Shown here one piece after another: positions 1-12,400 of a stretch of DNA of 64,000 nucleotides; positions within the stretch are counted from its first letter, which is position 1; each line of letters opens with the position of its first letter. The notes beneath the pieces were generated by a model. It was not told the DNA's origin and searched no databases. It saw nothing but the letters and a program-made list of their open reading frames with translations. The DNA comes from Octopus sinensis (lineage: Eukaryota), in contig NC_043007.1 in assembly GCF_006345805.1 (NCBI RefSeq), positions 42,842,001-42,906,000 of the forward strand. Reading direction: 5' to 3'. The position numbers and the translations under genes were made by a program.

Positions 1-341
1 ATATACCATATACATGTACTCTTTAAGTTTAGTAATAAGTTGCTACCTAAAAATGTGATGTATTTTATGCTATCTGGCACATGTAGAGTCAAAGCATCTA
101 GTCACTAAGGTTGAGGTTAATAAAATCATACTGTACAAGACATAAAATGTTTAGGTTTCCACACTTTGCTCCATATACCAATAAAAGCAATAGTATTAGA
201 GATATAGTGAGAAAGAAGTCACAACATATCTAAAAATAAACATCTATGTTACTGGTCTGCTTAGTTACAGATGACAGGGACTACAATTCAATAGCAATAG
301 CCAAAATAAACAAAGCTGGAATAATGATGTAAAATACAAAC

Positions 342-445
342 CTTTGGTTATTTGCAGAGGGTCTCCACAAAATCATAATAACCAAGAGCAGCACAGAAAA
401 CAGCAGATGCCAAAAGGCTTCATCAACCCACAATTCTCGCCAATC
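342..445 (-). CDS. TMEM87A: TMEM87 exon (TM7): [34 protein letters not shown](R)
   Basis: 104 nt; acceptor tttgctttaaAG, donor GTttgt; phase 0 in, phase 2 out; near-identical to the vertebrate TMEM87 TM7 region. Confidence 0.95.
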
Positions 446-3400
446 CTTTAAAGCAAATAAAAAACAAACATCATTACTTACAGTCATAGCAAATCCCTTT
501 TACAGATTGTTAGGATGTCCCTTTGCAACCATCACTGATACTAGTTTATTTACATACAAACATGTAATAGTCAGTATTTGTGTGGTTATGTGTATCTGTG
601 GATGCTTAAACTTTGCTGATAACATTGTAGTAGAAACTGTACAGGAAATAATATCTACATTAAATGCAAAAACATAGTGTGTGACAAGTAATAAAATTTC
701 CATATCTTGTAAACAATATTTCTAGTGACAATGATGATGAAATTAATGTTTGGACGAAACTCAGGAAAGCTGCAGCAGTTTTCCAATGGAAGTGAAATTA
801 TACATCTACATGTTCATTGTGGTACCACTAGCTATCTATGCTCATGAGAAAGTTCAACTAGCTTTCATAACAAACTTGATGTCTTTCATAGGCACAATAT
901 ATGTCTAATATTAAGTATTGAGCATAGTATATACTAAGTATTGAGTACATAGTATCTGTATTTGCTGCAGATACTATGTTATAAATGAAGTTATAAAATA
1001 AGGCACAATACAATATTTACAGTAGAAATTAAATGTGCAGATCAGTGAATCAGTAAAAGGTGATGTCTTTCCTTCAATCGCAAGGAGAAATACATTTCTG
1101 GTAGATCTTTTTTCAGTTATTTTGGCCAACAGAGAAGCTTCTACACAGCTGCTAACTTGCTAGAAATAGTAGCAAAAACTTCCTCAAATCACACTCAAAC
1201 ATCTTTAAAGATGGAAGACAAACAGGACAATGTAGTCCTAGCCATAAATTTGAGATGGTAACAGCTAGACTGACTTGACCATGCCTGCTTGACCAGAACT
1301 AAGGTTAAACAACATCAGCCCTGATCAACATGCGAATATCTACATGATTACATAAACTACTAGAAATAATAGCCAATTCCTTCTAGAATCACACTTTATG
1401 AACTTATATTTTACGTAATGCAGTTAGCCCAAATGAAAATGGTCTGGCTGATCACAGCTAGAATGCCTTTGATTCTAAGTCTGCTCAAAGAAGGCTGGCC
1501 TAAATAAACAATAATGAGGGCTGAGCTTAATAAGCAACAACAAAAACAACTCTGGATAAATATAATGAAGGTGTTAATTGAAAGACTTACTGTAAGGCAG
1601 AACTTGAGTTTGTGCTGGGATATTGACCAAGCCATGTAGGATATGGACGCTGCAACAAATAGAGTGAAATATTAGTTTCAAGTTGATGTCACAACTTACA
1701 TAAGACAAAAATTGTATGGCACTTCCTAACATGGAACAATCGTATCATCTAAGATGGATATAACTGTATTGAGTGCAAACACGTCTTAATGCTGAAAATG
1801 TTGACTTCATAATCACAAAGTTTCAGTTTCAATCCGATTGTGCAGCACATTCAGCAAGAATCTTACTATAGCCTCAGATTGACTCTTCTCTCTGTCTTTT
1901 TCTCCTTTCTATTCCATTTATATTTAAATTAGTAACAGCATTTTGATTTCCATTTTGCATGTTTTCTTTTGAAGAAATAGGTAACCCATCACTTCTAAAT
2001 TAATGCATTGTATGTATGTTAATTATGTAATTACATAAATGTTGTTGTTTTACTCTACTGAAATGGCTGAAGTGGTTTCATTAACTGAACAACTTGAATC
2101 ATTCTCAAAGCTGTCATGTGGTCCCCCTATTGATTGTACAGTATTATCAGAAATGAATATAAATCTATGGTGTCTCTTTTCCTCAAGATGGAGGCATATA
2201 TGGTGTCTCACATCATAGACATTAACCACTTTACTGTCGAGAGCAGACATATCCACTCAAAAATTCATTACTATTAACTGTAGAAAGTAGTTTTATATAT
2301 CAATCTCTCTTTAGTTGAGGAATGTCATATTTCAAAGTAGTTTCTTTTGAGCTATGTAAAGTTTATTAAGGCAATGTGATTTTCAGAAAATCCCAATCCT
2401 ACTTTTTGGTAGATATTTAACACCATTACTGGAATAACCATGAAATCTAATTTAACAGTTAAAGGCTTAAAATATGGTGTCCTTCAGTAGAGATGTTAAT
2501 CATATAAAGTTCACCAATATAGTCAAAACTATATGATGTCCTCAATATAAATATATCAGTATAGTATCTTCTAATATGAATATAGCTATTGGTCTGTCAA
2601 TATGGATCATAAATACATAGAGTTCTTTGATATGATAATAGATATAATGAACCTCAATGGTGACACATATCTACAATGGTGTCAAATATGATGTAAACAT
2701 ATGTTAAATCATACAGAGGTTGCCTTAATGACATGAATGAAAAGTAAAGAGATAAGGACAAACCCTTGACAGACAACCACTTGTACATTATAGTACAATA
2801 AAAATTACTGAAACAAACAGGTTTAATAGAAATAAAACAGATGAATAACAAACTACCAACTTATGGATTAGGAGAAAATTGCTTGTGATAGACAAAGGTC
2901 CTATCATTCTTCTTAAGTCCTGAAGGGCTTTTGAGAGCCAGTATTTAGGAGCTATGGTAACATGGTATTAAGAGTTAATTAGATGAGACATCAATGTATC
3001 TCTAGATATAACATTATAAGATGATCTGATAACCTATCCCAAATGGTTTTACTAGGTCAAGGTATAATACAAAGTGTTCTACTGAGAAATATATCAAGGT
3101 TTGACTTCACTATCCAACAACGGGCAGATAGTGATTCAAACTACTATTTTGCTTTATAGAGAAGATTCATGACAAATGTGTAATACAACAAAAAACAAAT
3201 TTAAACTGTGACTATGAGTTATTGTGATTTCTGAATGAACCAACTTTAACAACTGATGGTCCTTCTCCTGAACAATTCACTCAAAGTTTTCTCTAATCAC
3301 ACAATTCCTTCAATTTGCTTGAAAAAACTTGAAAACTCTGCTGTGAATAAGACTATGATGGTGACATTAACCCTTTTGATACCAACCAAGATGAAACTGC

Positions 3401-6400
3401 CTCTGACTCTGTAATACAAATGTCTTGTTTTCAAAAGTTCTGAATTAAAATCTTCTACCAAACCTTAATAAGAATTTATGTTCCTAACACTAGCTTAATG
3501 ATAAATAAGTTATTTTACTAAATTCTTTGTTATATTTAAAATTAATTGAAAGAAACAGAGAGCATCTCAACAGAAATATGGTAACAAGAGGTTTAAAGAG
3601 CAGACTGATATTTTTACTTACCCAAAACTGCAAATATAAGTGTGTTGGTGAAATGTCGATAGAGTGAAAGCTTCACTATGTTTCTTCGTAGTCGCAGTGT
3701 TCTGGTGGTTTGTACAAGGCCAGAGAAAATGTATAAACATTAAGAAAAAATATTTTGTCTTTTTAGTGTCCAGTAGTTTAATATATGTTATACTTGGAAA
3801 GGGAACATAGCATCATATTGCAAAGGTAAGGACAAGTTAGTAACATATCAATGGGTTTTGAAGTTAGCAAGTTGCCAACATATCAATACTTTAAGTTAGC
3901 AATACATGGAGAATAATACTGCATATAAGTAACAGGATGAGTAGAATGGGTAAGTTACATGTGTAATCAGTTGTAATTAGCACTATGTAATGATGGTAGT
4001 CTCTCATAGTCTGAAAAAGACAGTTCTGCAATTTCTTGCTGAACAACCTGCACAGATGATTTGTTTATAGTGATCAAATGTATGTGCTGTACACAAGCTC
4101 ACTCCTTCCATCAAATCGACATTGCCTGAACAAGATGCACTGTATACCACATGTCAGATTTCAAAGTGATCATAGACCAATGTGAAATGATGTTTTGCTC
4201 AAGAACACAACACACTACATGATCCAGGAATTGAAACCACAATCTCACAGTCATGAGTGAAACACTCAAGATAATATTATTTACATTTGGATACTTGTCC
4301 TCATCTTGTTTGTTGTTAACACAATGTTTCAGCTGATATACCTATACACTACGCCATATTCCCATAAGCATATGGCGTAGTGGTTAAGAGCGTGGGCTAC
4401 TAACCCCAAGATTCTGAGTTCGATTCCAAGCAGTGACCTGAGCAACAGCAACAGCAACAATGACAACAACAATATTGAAAAATACCTTAGGAAGGAGAAC
4501 CCAGGTTCGAAATTTCGCCAAGACACTTGAAGGCTGAAGGGTATATCAGCAAAAATGTTGTGTTAACAACAAACAAGATGAGGACAAATATCCATCAAAT
4601 GTAAATAATGTACATAATTCCTCATCTCTCAAATATAGAACTGTACTCAAAATAACTTTTGGTGGAGGATACCAGTTTAGCAACATGTCGCATGGCCTAA
4701 CTAACATCATATTATTGAGAGTGGAAGAAAATTTACATATGATGGAGGGTAAAGAGTTAGCAACAAATTAGTTTCATTAGCAATTAGAAGCAGTACATTA
4801 AATATAGTTGAGAAGGAAAGTTAAGAGTATACTGGCTGTGAGATCAAGTAGAATAAGTTAGTAATATCTTTCAATCTTACAATATAATTAGCAATATATT
4901 TTAATATATCTCAATCTTAAAAAAATATTCAAAAAACACATCTAAAAATGAATTTGCTTATGGTAAAGGATATCCACCAGCAAATAGCAGCATCAACAAC
5001 AGCTAAAGGAACATTGGCTAACATCAGTTCTTTAGATTGGTCACTCTTGGGCTGTGGAAGAAAACAAAGAAAAAAAAAACAAAAATAAAATCAGACAATT
5101 TCTTATTTCCTCAGTGAGTTAATATATATGCATGTATGTATGTATGGATCTCTCTATCTATACACACACATGCACGCACGCACACAAATAATAGGTAGAA
5201 GTTACAGAGCGACAATGGCCAAATTAGAGTTTGATAAGTGCCAATACATGAAACTCTCAACTTCTGACTTACTCTCTAACTTCTGCCGATGATATATATA
5301 CATACACATGTGTAGAAAAATCTCATCACGCAATCGAACCAATGAAAGAGCCTCTACCTGGTCACTTGACACGCTAAAAATAGCAACCAAAGTATCCCCC
5401 TACCTAAATCATATGCCCCTTATACATAATGTACTAGATTATCCCTAAAAAGATGGTTTGCTGAAGGCTGGAATGTCTTTGATGATAGGTTTGCTGTATC
5501 AGGGTTGATTTGAGGCTAAATAACAACAAAATTATTACTGAGACAGACCAACGACAGAGCCTGTATGTGGTTGTATGACCTGCTAGAAAAAGTAACCAAA
5601 CTTCTTTATATACAGAATAGAAAAACCTCTATTCTGTGATATACATATAGAGTCCATTATGTCTGGGAAGAAAGATGGAATGGTCACAGTTGGGATGTCT
5701 TTGATCATATCTGCTCAATCAGATCCAACTCAGGACTAAGCAACAGGTGACGAAGGGAACAAGACGAGGCAACAAGAGAGCCTTTACCTGGTGGCTCAAG
5801 TTGCTAAAAAGAGCAACTAAATCTTCCTGACAAAAAAAAAAAATGAAATTTCTGTCTTCAAGAAAAATAAATTCAAGTTTATATTATCTTATGATGTTCG
5901 CATAGGAATTCATTACTTCTAGAAAAGAATAAGACAACATGGTCATGGCTGGAGCACCCTTTTCTCACAGATCCATTACAATCAAGGCTATCCTGTGGTT
6001 AAAACAATTTTCTTCACTGAATGATGAAGCAGCTAAAGTTAAAGAAAATGCCACTAAGCATTTTGCCTGGCATGCTAACGATTTTGCCAGGTCACCACCT
6101 TATTATTATTATTTTTATTATTATTAGTATTGTTATTATTATTAACAACAACAATAGTGGTGGTGGTTTGTCATGGAAGCTTGTAAATTCACAAGGGAAC
6201 TTGGCATTAATCCTGAGTTAGATGAAGAATCTGAAACCACTGCTACTAAACTAGCAAAACAAATCAAGTAGACTGCTAAAAAGAATGGGCAGAAAGAAAC
6301 TGAAGAGAGGTGGAATCAGAAATCCTTGCATGTACAATATACTCTTTGAAGTCAAAATGCTGACATTGATCAAGCAACAACCCATCAGTGGCTGAAGAGT

Positions 6401-9400
6401 TCATGATTGAAAACAGAGACTGAAGACTTTATACTGGAAACACAAGATCAAAGCAGGTTTACCAAAAATTACTAGGCTAATGTTCTTAATAATGGTACTG
6501 ACCCAAAAGGCAGATTCTGCAACACATTTGATGAAACAATAAACCATCTTATTTCTGTGCCAACACCAAATGAATAACAATAGGGTAGGATGGTATTAAC
6601 ATTGGAAAATATGGAAGCACTACAAAATTGTCACTTCTACCAACTGGTATGAACACCATCATGAGCCAGTAGTTGAAGGTAAAAAATATCACCATCCTTA
6701 GGGATTTTTCAGTCAAAATTGACAGAACAGTTTAGGTTAATCAACTAGACATAATTATAATTATTAAATACAGTGAAGAAAATACTTGTAGATTGCTAGA
6801 TGTAAATATCCCCACTGATAAAACTATATCTGTAAAGAAATTTGACAAGCTTAGTAAATATAAGGATCTAGAAGGTGAAATACAAAAAATGCAGCACCAT
6901 AAAGCAAAAACTGTTCCTGTTATTGTAGGTGCTCTCACTATGATAAAAAACAAATATCAGAAACAATTAGACAACATCTCAAGAGAATCATATTTCAAAG
7001 AAATCCAAAAGATTGTGCTGACAAATACCACCTGCATCCTTAGAAAAACCCTAGCGATTTAAATGTTTGTATCGTGTTGTATTACATGAATGTATTTCTG
7101 AATTGCCCTCTCTACTTTATATTCCCAGGTTTTCAATTACAATTCAACATCTCTTAACCTTCACTTACCCTAGGGTGTTGGGTGTGTCTTGGCAAACAAC
7201 AACTACAACTACTACTACTACATTGACCCTAATACTTATTTAATCAACTTTATCAATGGAAGGCAGAGTAGGATTTGAATTCAGAATCTATAGAAACTTA
7301 ACCAAATACCCACAAGGTATTTTGTCCAATGTTCTCCCATCTACCTGACATGAATTTTCGTTCAAGTTAATCAGTCTTTAAAAGTATTTTGAAGCAAAAT
7401 AACTTACCTTTAAGGCTCGTAAGCAACCTTCAATAGATGCCAAAATGAAGTATAACATGCCAACACAGAGGACTTTGTGAAAGGTGAGTCCAAGTCGGGG
7501 TCTATAAGTGTAGAGAAAATGGACAACGATGTATGTTTCTTGGAAAGTGAATTATTGGGTAAGATAAAGTCCCTTCAAGGGAGAATATAGAAAAGGAGTC
7601 AAATTTTGACTATACGCTTTATGTACGTGATAGGGACAAGAAAAAAGAAGTATGAAACAAAGTGTAGAATGTATGTACAAAGATAGTACAAGGTTAAATA
7701 AAAAATGATACTGAATAAGAAAGAAATGGAGTATATACAGCATTGTGTGGTGCTTCCAGGTGAATAGTCCTGCCATTCCAACAAACAGAGTCATGGTTAG
7801 CTGAACTGAGAAGGTCCAAGATTACTGTCTTAGGAATTGATAGAACAGTTCATATCACTATGATATGTCTATAGCCAAGACAATGAACTGACAATGTTGA
7901 GTAATTGTTTCTGTATGGTTTAGGTGAGAGATAAATTAATGTTCAATAAGATATTAGGTCACCCCAAGTAACTTCTTCAGAATTTATAGTACACAATTTC
8001 CAATTATGAAATAAAACATGAGTAAAGGCAAGCATGTGATTCAGTACCAGCAACACCAAGTACAGCTCCTATTGAACTCTGAGTGGTTCTACCATAGCCT
8101 ATCGTTAACTAATACTTAACAAGTGAAAGTGTGTGTGTGTGAAAGAGAGAAAAAAAGAAAGCGAGAGGGAGAGAGAAGTGTCTGATGAGTGTGTGTCTGT
8201 ATATCTGTGCAACTAACACAAAGATATTTACATCATTAAAGGGAGGTAACTCCCTAAAACTAGGTTAACTCAACTATATAATAAATAGGAATCAATAAAA
8301 AAATTACTAGAATAATACTGAGATTGATATAATTGACTACATGCTTTGAAAGTTTGCCCTTGGATAACCAGAATCTCATGACCGAAAACAGTAAAAGGAT
8401 ATGTAGATTTAAATATTTTGCACACAGACATCAACAAATCTGCAACATTTAAACTGAACTTAAACTACATCAATCTCAACAGTCTTGATGGACTTGCAAA
8501 GATTAACACAACTCTTTCTTCTTCACTCAACCATTAAAAAAACAGGAAGAAAAAGAGGGAAATTTGATCTCATACTGCTAAAGTTAAATGTATGACAACC
8601 TTACCCACTCAAATATTTAATCTTTCATTCAATCTTTAATTAGTATTAAAAAACAGGAAAAATATGAAAAGTTAAAAAAAAAAACTGTATGATACTTACT
8701 TGACTATACCAAAACCAAGACTGACAATGACCACTAGCATGCGAGCCAGCATCCGCTTGAAGCATGAAACCAACTCAGCAAAAATGACTGCTCCTCGAAC
8801 TAAAAGAGAAAAACATTGGGAACAATTTCAAGTAAGTTTTAATTTTATTTGACAATATTTAGTTTTATCCCTATGTTTTGGGTTCCATTCACATGGTCAA
8901 TAAAATAAGTACTGAGAATTTAATGGAATTGATTTGATTGGAAATTAGTGGTACTGAACCAGTGTCATCTCTTTATTGTACACAACCTCAACTAAAGTAA
9001 AAATTTGGTATACCTCCCAATAGCACTCTAGATGAACTGAGGAAACTCAGCACAGAGTAAATGACATACAAACTTTGAACTATTCAACGGGTAGGCCAAC
9101 CACACAATAAGTTGATCAACTAAGACTTTTGTGATGACTAAAATTACAGAAGTAATCTGTCCAAACAAACTGTTTGTATGAATATTTACTTTATTTTGCC
9201 CTTTATAAGAAACTAGAATGTTTGTAAGGTTAAATGGTTGAACTGCTCACTGTATGGTCAGATATTCAAAATTCTATTACAAGTATTATGCTGAGCATGT
9301 GAGCAAAGTACCCCACAATAGTTAGTTATCTTCCAGGTTATTTATCTGATAATGAGTTTCATTTTTATGTCACTGTCAAGTGCATGCTATCATAAAAAGG

Positions 9401-12400
9401 ATTCATAAGTAAAGCTGCAAAAATGGGGAGAAAAGCCCTGGTCTTTCCCTTGCAACTAAACAAAATTTCCTTTTTTATAAGAAAATTTTTTCTATTTTAC
9501 TGATGACAAAACTAAACTCTACAATGAAATAGAGAAAAAATTCCCTCGACAACACCACTATAACTACATCCAATTACAAATGAAAATATTAGTCTGAGCC
9601 TCTACTTAGTCACTCAGCCTACAAGAAGTAGCATCCAAATTTCCTTCAAATCACATTTTACCACATTAAAAAAGGAGAGACACATTAGGAAATGCAGCCC
9701 TAAATGCACTATACTTTAAAAAAATAACCCCCCCCCCCCCAACAAAACAACTGATTGTCCTCCGTACCTGTACTGACAACAACATATAACAAAATACAGA
9801 ATACAAGAAAATACTCACCCGATACTCCAGTGCTACTGATACTCTGGTATTCAGCATAGAAAACTGCCTTCTCCAACATTCCTGCATTTTGAAAGAAAGA
9901 AAGAAAAAATATTATTACTATCATTGTTATTAGCACCAAGAGTAGAGTAGTGGCAGAATCAGTAGAGTGCTGGACAATATGCCGTGTGATAACCAGTTAC
10001 ATTTTTTCCTTTTTTTAATGTCCCGGGTTCAAATCTCACTGGCATCAGTTTTGCCATTCATCCTTACAGGTTAATAAAATAATATTAGTCAAATATATGT
10101 TGAACCAAAGACATTTTGGTATTTAGTTTCATCCCTCTATGTTTTGGATTCAAATCTCACTAGTGCTCACTTTATTCTTCATCCTTCTGATATCATTTTA
10201 AGCACTTATACTTTCCCATAATTCATATGCATATGCTAATATTGTTTTGTGGCGAGAGTCATGACACCCGCTGCAAGAATAGTCTTGTCCAGACAACTAT
10301 AAATAGTACTGGTCTGAGTGAGAGTAGGCTTTAATCACAAGAAGTTGTAAGGTGTCGTTTTGGTAGTTTGTTGGAATATCGCTTTTTGGATTGTTACGTT
10401 GTTGTTACCCAGATTTGTTATATGTTTTATTGTTATTACATGGTTATAGTGTAAAACATTATCATCATAACAATTTGTGATACAACATATTGAAAGAAAA
10501 TTATTACTATTATATTTATTGAGTGAGAGAGCAGTGCATGCCATCAAAATGACACTGGAGTAAAACATACGAAGCCCAATATACCCATCATGACTATCTG
10601 TCTGATAAGAGTACACCAGGCACATGCATCACAACCATATGTGCGCGACATAGTGATCTCATATCAAGATGAACAGTGCATGACCTTGCAGGTGGGGCCC
10701 AGTTAGAATTTTCTTTAGGTTGAGTAGCCCATCCTGCTCAAAAGGTCCCTGAATAAGGGTTAACGATATTGAACAAAACACCCATGTTTCCAGAAGTGAA
10801 TTATCCATACCCCAAAGAATTCCTCTCAACACATGGCTATGATGCTCCCCCACTACTTCTGCTTGTGATCAGTGATGCACATACTGTCAGCCACTAAGGG
10901 ACAAACAACTAACGACCAAATCTGTGGTATTAAGAAAAATATTTGCTGTAGCCTGTCTTTTATACCAAAACAAACGATATACATGATAACACTTCCAATC
11001 AGTTAAATATTATTTATTCCTTGTAACTATAGGTATTCATTCAAAATAGCTCAAATTTTGAATAGAAAGTAGTTATATTTGTAGGTTGGAGAGAAACAAA
11101 CAAAAAAGAAAACTGAATATTTACCTAGTAAGATAACAGCACCAATCCAAAACTGTATACGAAGTAGGTCTCTCCAGTTGCAGGCCAATAGAAGTAACCA
11201 AACTATGCCATAGAAGATATATAATAGACCCATGATGCCAAAGAACTGAAGTGATAAAATGTTAAAACATAAAATGTAATAATATAAAATGATAGTCTCA
11301 AAACACATACAGACATGAAGATACAATCACACTATTTCTAAACCAGCTTTTAACCAAACAGAGGAGTCAACAACAGAAGACTATGCTACCACTTGACCTG
11401 AAATTGAAATAGTAGCGAAGTCTCCCTTAAATCAAACCATATTCAAAAGAAAAGACAGATTGCAATATGCACCTGAATATACAAAAGACAGGATAGTCAC
11501 AGCTGAACTGTCTTACATAATAGGTCTGCTTGATTAGGGTTGTCTTGGAAAAAAAATAACAAGTAAACAAAATACCACATAATGAAAAAGGAAGTATGTA
11601 CCCGTCAAAATTCATATACCCAAACATACACAACATGTACTATCTGACTCATAAGAAACAAATATTTTATTCCATATTTAGACAAATTAGACCCTTACAA
11701 CTTCAGTTTATACACAACATATATTACTGACAAAATAAAGCCAGGTAACCTGACTGAACACTACAACCAGGCCCTTGGATTCCTTGAGTGAAATTCACTC
11801 TGCTATAAGCATGCAGGTAAATGACCATCACCTAATAGAGTACTAGATTGAAGATCATATAGACATGGTTTCAACCCTCAGCCCAAGAGATGCACTGTAT
11901 ACCTGAAAATGAGTACTTGCAACAGCTGGCAATGTTGAGAGGGTCAATTCTGTGACAGACTGGTGTACCATTCAGAGGAAAGTATTATACATTTGGTCAA
12001 TTATATGTCCTAACCTAATAAACTCCAGGCCCAAGGCAGACCAAAATAGCTAACAAACATTTAGGCCAAGTAAAAAATTGTGCTGGAAAAGACTCGTCTA
12101 AAACATGAAAGCATGGGAAAATGGATGTAAAATGATGAGGAGAAATAATTGCCTTCACTTTTTTTATTTTAAGTCTCCTCATTTATTGTTTGAAAGATTA
12201 TTATTATTATCATCATCATTATTATTTTATAAAGATTGACGTAATTCTTCATGAAGGTAAATAGACAATAAGAAGAGCATGATGTGATTTGTAAATGACC
12301 ATTTATTTAAGAGTTGGAATGATATTTCAACAGTTCATCTGTCTTCTTGAGATTCTAAAATCTAACATGAAAACAACCGCAGAAACACAATTCAAAATAT

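Noticed and set aside
2050-3360. Short ORFs and faint RT-like words (IKFT, IEFFD)
   Set aside because: Spacing does not fit and there are too many stops to assign from sequence alone
4370-4440. Functional tRNA gene
   Set aside because: The acceptor stem does not close and the sequence continues into a repeat body; it is a SINE-type head
8234-8265. GGGAG-GTAA-CTCCC hairpin in a hammerhead-like context
   Set aside because: The core nucleotides on both sides are too degenerate to call
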